From Clostridia bacterium (GTDB lineage: Bacteria > Bacillota > Clostridia > UMGS1840), in contig JAZQGY010000019.1 in assembly GCA_045540295.1 (NCBI GenBank), forward strand, positions 2,388 to 66,387: a stretch of DNA of 64,000 nt, read 5' to 3'. Position 1 is the stretch's first letter, and each line of letters begins with the position of its first letter. Under the pieces are notes generated by a model. That model had not been told where the DNA came from. It worked only from the letters and a program-made list of their open reading frames with translations, and made no database searches. The translations under genes and the position numbers were made by a program. Of this stretch, positions 49,337 to 58,119 are shown in pieces.

Positions 49337-50764
49337 ATGGTTTTCAGTGCAAATTTGGACGAAAACATTGCCCATTTTCAGAAAAAATTCAACGGGAATT
49401 GTATGGTGGTTTTTCGTTATTTGGAAAATGCCGCCTGCCCCGACATCAGAGGGATGGCAATCTTCTCAGATGGGTTAGTCGGAGCCAGCTTGGTAAACGA
49501 CTACGTAGTCAAACCGTTTGTGGGGAATTTATGGCTTGACAAACAAGAAAATAAACTGGATTTTCTAAAAAACAGTGTCTTTCAGTCAAACGATGTTGTC
49601 CCTTTACAAGATACAGACGAATTCATCAAGCGTTTGTTCTCAGGAGACGTTATTTTTTTCTTAGACGGTTACAGTATTCCGTTAGCTGTAAATGCCAGAT
49701 TTCCTGCCACAAGAAGCGTCTCTGAACCTGAAAACGAAAAAACCTTAAAAGGCCCCAGAGAAGGCTTTTGCGAACTCATTCTTTTTAACACCGCTCTGAT
49801 TATGAGAAGACTGAAAAACGAAAATCTGAAGCTGGAAAGTTTTACAATGGGTAGCCAAACAAAAACACCGGTGATTATGGCATATATCGACGGTATTTGC
49901 CATCCTGAGCTGATTTTGAAAATCAAAGCACGATTACAAAGCATACAAACCAACGGATTAACCGATACCAACCAATTAGCGGAAATGATAAAAGATAAGC
50001 CCTTTTCTCCCTTTAAAACCACCGGCTCCACGGAGCGTCCCGATGTGGTTTGCCATAAGCTGATGGAAGGAAGAATCGCTATTTTGGCAGATGGAACACC
50101 GCAAGTAATCACCTTGCCTTTTTTATTTCATGAATACTTTTCCTCCACCGATGATTACAGCGTGAATTTTTATTACGGCTCCATTTCCCGGTTACTTCGT
50201 TATATCTCGTTTTTTATTGCAATTTTTTTACCGGCAATTTATCTGGCATCGGTAAAATTTCAATTGGAAATTCTGCCCGAAAAACTGCTCTACAGCATTA
50301 GCAGCAGTCGAATGAATGTGCCGTTTTCCGCCACAGTGGAGCTGCTTATTTTCTTTCTGTTTTTTGAAATTTTAAGAGAAGCCTCCACCCGTACCCCATC
50401 TGTCATCGGACAGACCTTAAGTATTGCCGGAGCATTAATTTTGGGTCAGACTGCCGTGGAGGCTAATTTTATATCTGTTCCCGCTATCATTATCGTTGCA
50501 ATCAGCGGACTTTGCACCAATGTGCTTCCACAAATGAGAGGTCCTTTGATTTTAATTCGGTTGATTGTTCTGATTGCAGCATCCTTTTTAGGAATTTACG
50601 GGGTGGTACTGGGTGCCATTGCACTGTTAGTTCATCTGTCTGATATTACGGTTTCCGGACAAAATTACCTCAAAGAAATGCTGCCCAAAAAAGGAAATCT
50701 TATGGATATTTATATTCGAGGACCTTATCAATTTTTAAGAGGAAAAAGCAAGGTGAAAAAATGA
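49337..50764 (+). CDS. spore germinant receptor A subunit (GerA/GerKA family)
   Basis: 475 aa. Soluble N-domain (PENEKTLKGPREGF motif) plus a C-terminal multi-TM region; GGGGG RBS. Confidence 0.85.
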   Translation: MVFSANLDENIAHFQKKFNGNCMVVFRYLENAACPDIRGMAIFSDGLVGASLVNDYVVKPFVGNLWLDKQENKLDFLKNSVFQSNDVVPLQDTDEFIKRLFSGDVIFFLDGYSIPLAVNARFPATRSVSEPENEKTLKGPREGFCELILFNTALIMRRLKNENLKLESFTMGSQTKTPVIMAYIDGICHPELILKIKARLQSIQTNGLTDTNQLAEMIKDKPFSPFKTTGSTERPDVVCHKLMEGRIAILADGTPQVITLPFLFHEYFSSTDDYSVNFYYGSISRLLRYISFFIAIFLPAIYLASVKFQLEILPEKLLYSISSSRMNVPFSATVELLIFFLFFEILREASTRTPSVIGQTLSIAGALILGQTAVEANFISVPAIIIVAISGLCTNVLPQMRGPLILIRLIVLIAASFLGIYGVVLGAIALLVHLSDITVSGQNYLKEMLPKKGNLMDIYIRGPYQFLRGKSKVKK

Positions 50765-51357
50765 GAATAACAAAGCTGATTGCTGTATTGTTTCTATTTA
50801 TTACGGTAGGAATACAAAGCGGTTGTACCCCGCAGAACGAACTTGGAAATTTATCGGTAGTGACCGGTTTTTTTTTAGATACCTCCTCTCATGAATACAT
50901 TCTCCTTGCGGACTGTCGGGATTTTTCAAAACAAACTCAAAGTGGCAATCTTCAAACGAAAAAAATTTGTGTTACGGGAAAAACTTTGCAGGAATTATTT
51001 CAAAATCTTGAAGCACAATCACAAGCACCTCTTTGCATCGCCCGTGCCAAAGTTTTGTTAATGAAGAATCCGAAAAACACGTTATTACAAGAGTTATTTG
51101 ACTTAAAAATTCTGCCTTCGGATATCAGCATATTACAAACAGATTTATCAGTTGATCTTTTGAAAAAGGAAGAAAATTCTTTTGCACCGGACATTGATAC
51201 ACAACTGAAAAAAACAAAGAACTTTTCCTCTTGCAAATTATATCAACTAATAAAAAATCCCCAAAACATTGCCCGAATTCCATCCGTTTTACTGTCGGAA
51301 AACGGATTTTATCTTTGCAATCCTGAAATCAACAATCTGAAAGAAGGTGGCTTATGA
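50761..51357 (+). CDS. Ger(x)C-like lipoprotein, about half the usual length
   Basis: 198 aa. Signal peptide ending QSGC (lipobox-like), N-terminal GerC-like region (LSVVTGFFLD). 4-nt overlaps with both neighbours. Confidence 0.6.
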   Translation: MRITKLIAVLFLFITVGIQSGCTPQNELGNLSVVTGFFLDTSSHEYILLADCRDFSKQTQSGNLQTKKICVTGKTLQELFQNLEAQSQAPLCIARAKVLLMKNPKNTLLQELFDLKILPSDISILQTDLSVDLLKKEENSFAPDIDTQLKKTKNFSSCKLYQLIKNPQNIARIPSVLLSENGFYLCNPEINNLKEGGL

Positions 51358-52439
51358 AACTGACTGAACGACAGGGGTTTTCACTGATGACAGCATTTTT
51401 ACTGGGAAATGTGTTATCCGGCATCGGCGGAGGCGGAAACGGAGCCAAAACCGGTTACATTGCAGTCTTCTTTAGTCTTATCTTATTGATTGTATTTTCG
51501 ATGTTATTTCAACAATTTATCAAAAAAAACAATGGAAAAGAATTCTTTCAGGCTACCCGCGATCTTTTTGGAAAAACAGGAAATACCCTGTTTCTTGTTC
51601 TGTTAGTGCTGTATAGCTTCTTGGCAAGTTTTTTAAGCATTGGAAATTATATGAATTTTGTACGCTTTTCCGCCACCACCTCTTTTCCTGTTACGATAGG
51701 GATTTTTTTAATATTACTGTTAACGGTATACCTTTGTTTAAAGGGCATCAAAACTGCAGGCCGATATGCAGAAATCATTCTTCCTATTGTGGTTACATCA
51801 GTTATTCTGATGCTTATTATGGGAATTCGGGAAATAAGAGATTTTACGTTTCCGATGCCTTCCTCCATAGCATTATTGTGTGATCAAAGCTGGCGGATTT
51901 TTTGCTCACCCTTTGCAGAAATCTTCTTTTTATGGATTTTTTCTGATCACTTTCAAAATCCTGAAAACATTGGAAAGATTTCAATAAAAGCAGCCTCTTT
52001 TACTGCAGTTTTATTTGCCATGATTTACTTGTTTAACGTAAACTTACTAGGTGAAGAAATGATGCAACAAGTACAATTCCCTACGTATTTTGCAGCTTCT
52101 TTGGTAAAGGTTGGTATATTGGTAGAAAAAGCAGAATCTTTAATCACACTTTCCTATTCGTTTTGCGATATTTTATATGGCGGAATCTGTTTACTGGTGG
52201 GGGTAAAAGGCGTATGTAAACTGTTAGAAAACCGTAAATTATCTCCCAAAAAAACAAAAAAAATAACAGCATTTGCAGCTGTTATTTTTATGTTTATTCT
52301 GTATCGCTTCGGAATCATCCCAACGGATTTATCGCCCTACTACGCCGTGATTTCTGCCGTATTTGTACCTTTCACGGTAGGAGTGCCGATTGTACTTGGT
52401 CTTCTTAGCAAATTAAAAAATCAGAACAAAAGCTCATGA
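51354..52439 (+). CDS. spore germinant receptor B subunit (GerAB/APC-type permease)
   Basis: 361 aa, about 10 TM helices. N-terminal LTERQGFSLMTAFLLGN typical of GerB proteins. Confidence 0.85.
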   Translation: MKLTERQGFSLMTAFLLGNVLSGIGGGGNGAKTGYIAVFFSLILLIVFSMLFQQFIKKNNGKEFFQATRDLFGKTGNTLFLVLLVLYSFLASFLSIGNYMNFVRFSATTSFPVTIGIFLILLLTVYLCLKGIKTAGRYAEIILPIVVTSVILMLIMGIREIRDFTFPMPSSIALLCDQSWRIFCSPFAEIFFLWIFSDHFQNPENIGKISIKAASFTAVLFAMIYLFNVNLLGEEMMQQVQFPTYFAASLVKVGILVEKAESLITLSYSFCDILYGGICLLVGVKGVCKLLENRKLSPKKTKKITAFAAVIFMFILYRFGIIPTDLSPYYAVISAVFVPFTVGVPIVLGLLSKLKNQNKSS

Positions 52440-53131
52440 TCCAAAAAACTATAATACTGATGTCCGGATACCACAATGTGATCCTTGACACGAATATCAA
52501 CCGTGTTGAGTGCCCGAGTAATCAGCCGGGTTGTATCCATATCTGCACCGCTAGGTTCCAGATTGCCACTAGGATGATTATGCACTAAAACTACTTGTTT
52601 TGTTTTTGGAAATTTTAAAGCTTCTTCCACAATCCTTCTGGGTTCTACTGTAATTTCATTGATTGAACCTTCTGTGATTTTGGAATAAGAAATCACCTTA
52701 TTGTTGTTATTTAAATAAATGGCATAAAACACTTCATTTCGGTGACCGGAAAGCAAACTGATGGCATAATTCCCAATATCTTCAGTGGTTTTTAAAACTT
52801 CGATAGTTTTCAGTTTTTCCTTTTCAAGCTCCCGCATGATACATTGAACTAAAGTAATAAGTGCCGCAGTATTTTCTCCAACACCTGGAATTTTCTGAAG
52901 TTCGCCCGGACTTGCTTCAAAAACTGCAGAAAAATTATTACCGTAATAGTTTAAAATGGTGTGCGCAAGTTCGTTGGTATCCCGTCTGGGAATCGCATAA
53001 AAGGTCAAAAGTTCTAACAGTTCATGTTGACACAAATAATCAAACTGTGAAGAAAGCAATTTGGAACGAAGACGCTGCCGATGCCCGCTATGACTGGATT
53101 TTAATACCTGCTGTTTCTTAGGCTCTGTCAT
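52421..53131 (-). CDS. radC: RadC-family JAB/MPN domain protein
   Basis: 236 aa. HhH N-domain (IPGVGENTAAL) and HNHPSG JAMM motif. Confidence 0.9.
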   Translation of the reverse strand: MTEPKKQQVLKSSHSGHRQRLRSKLLSSQFDYLCQHELLELLTFYAIPRRDTNELAHTILNYYGNNFSAVFEASPGELQKIPGVGENTAALITLVQCIMRELEKEKLKTIEVLKTTEDIGNYAISLLSGHRNEVFYAIYLNNNNKVISYSKITEGSINEITVEPRRIVEEALKFPKTKQVVLVHNHPSGNLEPSGADMDTTRLITRALNTVDIRVKDHIVVSGHQYYSFLDHELLF

Positions 53132-53645
53132 ACAGATTATTTCCGTCCTTGTCGATTACAACCGTTAATGATAAGTCTTCCACTTCCAGTCTGCGGAGTG
53201 CTTCCGCACCTAAATCCTCGTAGGCAATTACTTCTGCCTTTTTCACAGACTTGGAAATTAACGCTCCGGCACCGCCGATTGCGCCAAAATAAACTCCTTG
53301 GTTGCGTTTCATCGCGTCAATAACATCCTGATTGCGCAAACCTTTTCCTATCATACCAAGCTGACCTTCATCCAACAAAACAGGAGCATATTTATCCATA
53401 CGGTAGCTGGTGGTGGGACCGCACGAACCAATTACTTCACCCGGCTTGGGAGGAGTGGGTCCTGCATAGTAAATAATAGCATCTTTCATATCGAGAGGTA
53501 ATTGTTCCCCTCTTGCCAATGCTTCGGTCAGACGTTTATGAGCAGCATCACGGGCAGTGTAAATCACGCCGGAGAGCAGAATCATATCCCCTGCTTTTAA
53601 GTTTTTAATTTTTTCCACTTCTGATGTGTGCAATTTGATTTCCAT
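53118..53645 (-). CDS. class I Fe-S hydro-lyase beta subunit homolog (FumB/TtdB type)
   Basis: 175 aa. GVIYTARDAAHKRL, GPTTSYRMD and GKG motifs typical of fumarate/tartrate hydratase beta subunits. Confidence 0.8.
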   Translation of the reverse strand: MEIKLHTSEVEKIKNLKAGDMILLSGVIYTARDAAHKRLTEALARGEQLPLDMKDAIIYYAGPTPPKPGEVIGSCGPTTSYRMDKYAPVLLDEGQLGMIGKGLRNQDVIDAMKRNQGVYFGAIGGAGALISKSVKKAEVIAYEDLGAEALRRLEVEDLSLTVVIDKDGNNLYDRA

Positions 53646-53665
53646 AGTATCACTTTCCTCTAAGG

Positions 53666-54715
53666 TTATTTCTTGGGTAATAAAATTTTGGGAAGCTCGG
53701 TGGCATCCTCTAAAATATAGTCAGCTCCCATATTCTCAAAAAATGTACGGGCATCCTTGCCGTCAACGCCGGTCAATACTGCACAAAACTTGCAGCCTGC
53801 ATCGTGAGCAGCAATTAAATCGCAAAGAGCATCTCCAACGACCAAAACATGGCTGCGATCCTCTGCGTTTTGCAAATCGGCTAATGTAAAACTTGCTCCA
53901 CACGCGCCTTTTACAAACTGAAACGGATGAGGTTTTACCAGTTTTTCATCGTTGTGATATACTGTTTCATATTCCGTTTGCCACTGCAAAACATCGTCGT
54001 AGCTAACGATTCTTTCGGAATCAAAATAATGGAAAACGCCCCAATTTTTTAAAGGACGTTCCAGCTCCTGGCGGGGGCGTCCGCTACCGATTCCTAATAC
54101 GTAGCCGGCGTTGTGAAGCGTCGATAACAAATCCTTTGTCTCTGATAGTCCTAACAAAGGTTCTTCTAAATCTACAAGTCCAACATTTCCTTTTTCCATC
54201 GGAACAGGCTCATGATATTGGTGGGAATATCCTTCATCCCCCAGATACCAGTGTTGGAATTTCTTAACGATCTCATCGTAAAACTCACCACCCTTTTCGG
54301 CATAACCTTCAGGGTAGTTAAAAATCTCTTCATATTCTTGCGCCAGCACCTCCAAAAGTTCAGGTGCCAGGATATTTTTATCTGCCAAAAATTCAGGAAC
54401 CATTCCAAATATTTCTTCGTCTTCAATTCCTTCACTTTTTAAAATATCAGTAGATAAAATCACAGCATAAGCTAAATCCCAGTTGGAATTTAACCCTAAA
54501 GATTTTAAGGTTACCACAGTTTCCTGATATGAAAATACCGTATCCATAATAGCATCGGCATTTTCATAGCAAAATTGGCTGTTTAACTCTAAATCCTCGT
54601 GAAAATATTCATATACGGTTAGTGCTGCCGCCTTCCAATAGGCTTGTTCGCCGGTGATAACACCGTCTAAATCAAATAATACGGTGCTAAACTTCCCGGA
54701 ATGCCCGTCGTCCAT
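53666..54715 (-). CDS. HAD-superfamily hydrolase with very large cap insertion
   Basis: 349 aa. Motif I LFDLDGVIT, motif II GIGSGR, motif III KPHP, motif IV VGDALCD, with about 170 aa between motifs I and II. Confidence 0.75.
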   Translation of the reverse strand: MDDGHSGKFSTVLFDLDGVITGEQAYWKAAALTVYEYFHEDLELNSQFCYENADAIMDTVFSYQETVVTLKSLGLNSNWDLAYAVILSTDILKSEGIEDEEIFGMVPEFLADKNILAPELLEVLAQEYEEIFNYPEGYAEKGGEFYDEIVKKFQHWYLGDEGYSHQYHEPVPMEKGNVGLVDLEEPLLGLSETKDLLSTLHNAGYVLGIGSGRPRQELERPLKNWGVFHYFDSERIVSYDDVLQWQTEYETVYHNDEKLVKPHPFQFVKGACGASFTLADLQNAEDRSHVLVVGDALCDLIAAHDAGCKFCAVLTGVDGKDARTFFENMGADYILEDATELPKILLPKK

Positions 54716-54755
54716 AATGGTTCTCCTTTTTATTCTTTTTTTCTTTTAATTCATA

Positions 54756-55382
54756 TTATTCAATTACAAAATCAATTTTTCCTGCAACGCCGGAGGTTAG
54801 TCCGGCTCTTTTCTCATCACAGAATAAAGCACGTTTCAAGCAGATACCAAATGCACGGTAAATTGCTTCAAAAATGTGATGCATATTGGCACCTTTTCTT
54901 AAATTAATGTGTAAGGTAGCCTGAGCACCTTGTGCCACACCTTCTAAAAATACAAATAAATCTTCGGTTGCAATCCCTTCGGTGGTTTCCGAAAGCGCTC
55001 CAGCATCGTTTTGGAAATGAAAGTAAGCCCGGTCTTCAAAGCTGATGGCAGCTTCTGCGTAAGCTTCATCAATAATTCCAATGCCGTCACCAAAGCCGGT
55101 AACACCAAACGCAGCATTTTGGGACACATAGGTTTTTAATGCTTTCCCGAAAGCAATTCCCAAATCCTCAAAAACAACATGAGATAACACAAAAGTATTT
55201 AAGCTAACATCCGTTTCCACAGTGATTCCTGCACGATATGCGGTGTGCTCAATCATATGATTTAAAAACGGATACGGTGTGTTGATTTTTTTACGGTAAT
55301 CAGGTGCTAACATCGAAAAATCGCAAACAACCTTCATATTGGATTCCGTTGTGGTACGTGTTACGCTGACGGTAGTTTTCAT
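54756..55382 (-). CDS. imidazoleglycerol-phosphate dehydratase (IGPD)-fold protein, divergent
   Basis: 208 aa. RTTTES, PFLNHM, FEDLGIAFGKAL, IDEAY and NMHHIFEAIYRAFG align by eye to HisB/IGPD motifs, but two metal-ligand positions appear substituted. Confidence 0.65.
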   Translation of the reverse strand: MKTTVSVTRTTTESNMKVVCDFSMLAPDYRKKINTPYPFLNHMIEHTAYRAGITVETDVSLNTFVLSHVVFEDLGIAFGKALKTYVSQNAAFGVTGFGDGIGIIDEAYAEAAISFEDRAYFHFQNDAGALSETTEGIATEDLFVFLEGVAQGAQATLHINLRKGANMHHIFEAIYRAFGICLKRALFCDEKRAGLTSGVAGKIDFVIE

Positions 55383-55428
55383 AGGCTTTTCTTCCTTTCT
55401 GTATCCTCATAGAACATACATAGAGTGT

Positions 55429-55457
55429 ATTATAACACATTGTGAAATAAAAATCAA
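55429..55457 (-). promoter_or_regulatory. sigma-A type promoter of the IGPD-like/HAD/hydrolyase-beta/radC operon
   Basis: Minus strand TTGATT (55457-55452), 17-nt spacer ending TGT, TATAAT (55434-55429). Confidence 0.6.
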
Positions 55458-55468
55458 GTCCCAAATTA

Positions 55469-57448
55469 TCAGGACAACATCCCCAAAAATTCTTCCTCTG
55501 TGATAACGGTAATTCCTAAATCCATGGCTTTTTGCAGTTTGCTGCCTGCTTCCTCTCCCGCTAAAACATAATCAGTCTTTTTGGAAACAGAAGACGACGC
55601 TTTTCCGCCGTTGTCTTCAATGATTTTGGTCGCTTCACTGCGGCTTAAGGTGGGCAAGGTGCCTGTTAGCACAAAGGTTTTATTTAAGAATATTTCAGAA
55701 ACACTTTCATCGGTGTATTCCATATTGACACCCTGAATCTGAAGAGCATCAATCAATTCTCGGTTAGATTCCAACGAGAAGAAATCCACCACGCTTTTAC
55801 CGGAGATTTCACCAATTTCAAAAATGCCGGTAAAATCCTCTAGTTTAGCATCCATAATGGCAGACATACTTTTAAAGTTTTTAGCTAAAATTTTGCCTGC
55901 TTTTTTACCAATCTGACGGATTCCCAAGGCAAAAATCAAACGGTCCAGACCGTTCTGTTTGGAAGCTTCAATGGCAGCAATCAAATTTTCTGCCGATTTT
56001 TGCCCCATTCGTTCCAAAGAGGCAATCTCCTCCCTTCGCAGGGTATAAATATCAGATACTTTTTCAATCAAACGGTTTTCCAACAGTAGATTCACAACCT
56101 GAGGACCTAAGCCTTCAATATCCATAGCATCCTTGGAAGCAAAATGCACAATATTTCTTAGAATTTGTGCAGGACATTCCACGTTGGAACAACGAATGGC
56201 AACCTCATCCTCTGCACGAATCACCTTCGCTCCGCAAACAGGACAAATTTCCGGCATCGGATACTCTTGCTCAGAACCGTCCCGTTTCTCGGGCACAGAT
56301 TCGATTACCTCCGGAATAATGTCCCCTGCCTTTCTGACACGAACCACATCTCCGATGCGAATATCCTTATCACGGATATTATCATAATTGTGTAAGGTGG
56401 CACGTCTAACGGTGGTGCCTGCCAAACGGACCGGTTGCAACTCTGCATTGGGAGTTAGTACCCCCGTTCTTCCTACCTGAATAAATATATTTAACAGTTT
56501 GGTTTCTTTAATCTCAGCAGGATATTTATAAGCAATCGCCCACTTGGGGAATTTAGAGGTTTCTCCCATACGGTTTCGGGAGGAAAAATTGTCTATTTTT
56601 ACCACAGCACCGTCAATATCAAAAGGTAATTCTTCTCTCATATCACCCAATCTGGAAATTTCTGAAAATGCATCTTCCATATTAGAAAACAGATGATAAT
56701 AAGGGCTTACCGGGAACCCCAGTTCCTTTAAGAAATCCAGGCTTTCACTATGCGAGGAAAAACTTTTTCCTTCGCATAGCTGCAAATTAAATACAAAAAT
56801 ACTCAATTTTCTCTCTGCGGTAACTTTACTGTCCTTTTGACGAAGTGAGCCTGCTGCCGCGTTTCTGGGATTGGCAAAGGGTTTCTTTTCCAGAATTTCC
56901 TGCATAGCATTCAACTCTTCAAATACCGCTTTTTTCATATATACTTCCCCACGCACACAAAGGTAGGGAATTTTTTGGGGTAACACTTTCGGAATCTCTT
57001 TGATTTCCATTAGGTTTGCGGTTACATCTTCACCCACGATGCCGTCTCCACGGGTTGCACCGCGAACAAATATACCGTTTTCGTATTCCAAAGACACGGA
57101 TAGACCGTCGATTTTTAATTCCACAGCATACTGATAGGAATGTCCCAAAACAGACTGCACACGCTGATCAAATGCCTGCAGCTCTTCATAGGAAAACGCA
57201 TCTTCCAAACTTTGCAAAGGAACGCGGTGTTCCACAGGACTAAACACATCGCTTGCCTTTCCTCCAACACGAACAGTGGGAGAATCAGCAAAACGAAGAT
57301 GAGGGTTTTCCTCTTCTAAAACTTCTAACTCACGAAGAAGCTTATCATAAGTAAAATCGTCTACCACGGGGCTGTCTTCATTGTAATAACAATCGGAATA
57401 GTAACGAAGAAGATTTCGTAATTCCTCAATTCTTTCTTCCGCACTCAT
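55469..57448 (-). CDS. ligA: NAD-dependent DNA ligase
   Basis: 659 aa. KIDG adenylation Lys motif, Zn-finger Cys4, HhH repeats and a BRCT C-terminus. Confidence 0.95.
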   Translation of the reverse strand: MSAEERIEELRNLLRYYSDCYYNEDSPVVDDFTYDKLLRELEVLEEENPHLRFADSPTVRVGGKASDVFSPVEHRVPLQSLEDAFSYEELQAFDQRVQSVLGHSYQYAVELKIDGLSVSLEYENGIFVRGATRGDGIVGEDVTANLMEIKEIPKVLPQKIPYLCVRGEVYMKKAVFEELNAMQEILEKKPFANPRNAAAGSLRQKDSKVTAERKLSIFVFNLQLCEGKSFSSHSESLDFLKELGFPVSPYYHLFSNMEDAFSEISRLGDMREELPFDIDGAVVKIDNFSSRNRMGETSKFPKWAIAYKYPAEIKETKLLNIFIQVGRTGVLTPNAELQPVRLAGTTVRRATLHNYDNIRDKDIRIGDVVRVRKAGDIIPEVIESVPEKRDGSEQEYPMPEICPVCGAKVIRAEDEVAIRCSNVECPAQILRNIVHFASKDAMDIEGLGPQVVNLLLENRLIEKVSDIYTLRREEIASLERMGQKSAENLIAAIEASKQNGLDRLIFALGIRQIGKKAGKILAKNFKSMSAIMDAKLEDFTGIFEIGEISGKSVVDFFSLESNRELIDALQIQGVNMEYTDESVSEIFLNKTFVLTGTLPTLSRSEATKIIEDNGGKASSSVSKKTDYVLAGEEAGSKLQKAMDLGITVITEEEFLGMLS

Positions 57449-57461
57449 GGGTTTACACTCC

Positions 57462-58085
57462 TTACAGTCCCTGACTCAGACTTTCATAATTTACAAAAAA
57501 ATTGTAATTCATCACAGGTCTTACCACCGAAGAATTATTGATATGATGACAGATATTGCGGGAAAGTTCGCTGGTATTTGCAGGTGGCAACAACATCACA
57601 GCTACAATGACAAACCATGCAATCAAATAGGAAGCTCCGCTCAAAAGCAGACCGCCAAGTCGATTGAGCTGACCAATGACCGGAATATGATTGATAAAGG
57701 AAGTTAGTTTTTTCAATAAGAAAATTCCAACCTTAATCAGCACAATAATCAACACAATGCTCAAAATATTGAAAATCACCACGGTAATTCCCGCAGACAT
57801 CTTCTCACAAAGCATCTCAATATTTTCCGCCTGATATCTCATAAACAAATCTTGCGGATTCGTATGCTGTGCCACATACCCTTGTGTCCATGCCACAACG
57901 CTCTGATTTACCAGGTTAAAAAGCGGAGTGCTCATTAAAAAAGCTGAAACATAAGGATAAAGCAAATATCCGCCGAACGCTGAAATAAAAATTCCCACAA
58001 ACCCTACAAGGGATTTTACAAAGCCGGAACGGTATCCCACATAAAATGCAATTGCAAGACCTAACACAAAAATAATATCGAGCAT
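57462..58085 (-). CDS. cvpA: CvpA-family membrane protein
   Basis: 207 aa, 4-5 TM helices. N-terminal MLDIIFVLGLAIAFYVGYRSGFV typical of CvpA. Confidence 0.7.
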   Translation of the reverse strand: MLDIIFVLGLAIAFYVGYRSGFVKSLVGFVGIFISAFGGYLLYPYVSAFLMSTPLFNLVNQSVVAWTQGYVAQHTNPQDLFMRYQAENIEMLCEKMSAGITVVIFNILSIVLIIVLIKVGIFLLKKLTSFINHIPVIGQLNRLGGLLLSGASYLIAWFVIVAVMLLPPANTSELSRNICHHINNSSVVRPVMNYNFFVNYESLSQGL

Positions 58086-58119
58086 AGTAGTTCTCCTTCA
58101 GGTTTTATTCCTTTAAAAA

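Noticed and set aside
49669-50112. 147-aa minus-strand ORF inside the gerA-family gene
   Set aside because: It is antisense to a well-supported germinant receptor A subunit and has no RBS or motif.
55411-55425. LexA/SOS-box-like half site (AGAACATACATAGAG) just downstream of the predicted -10, in the leader upstream of the IGPD-like gene
   Set aside because: Only the GAAC half matches the Firmicute CGAAC-N4-GTTCG consensus, and the second half is absent.
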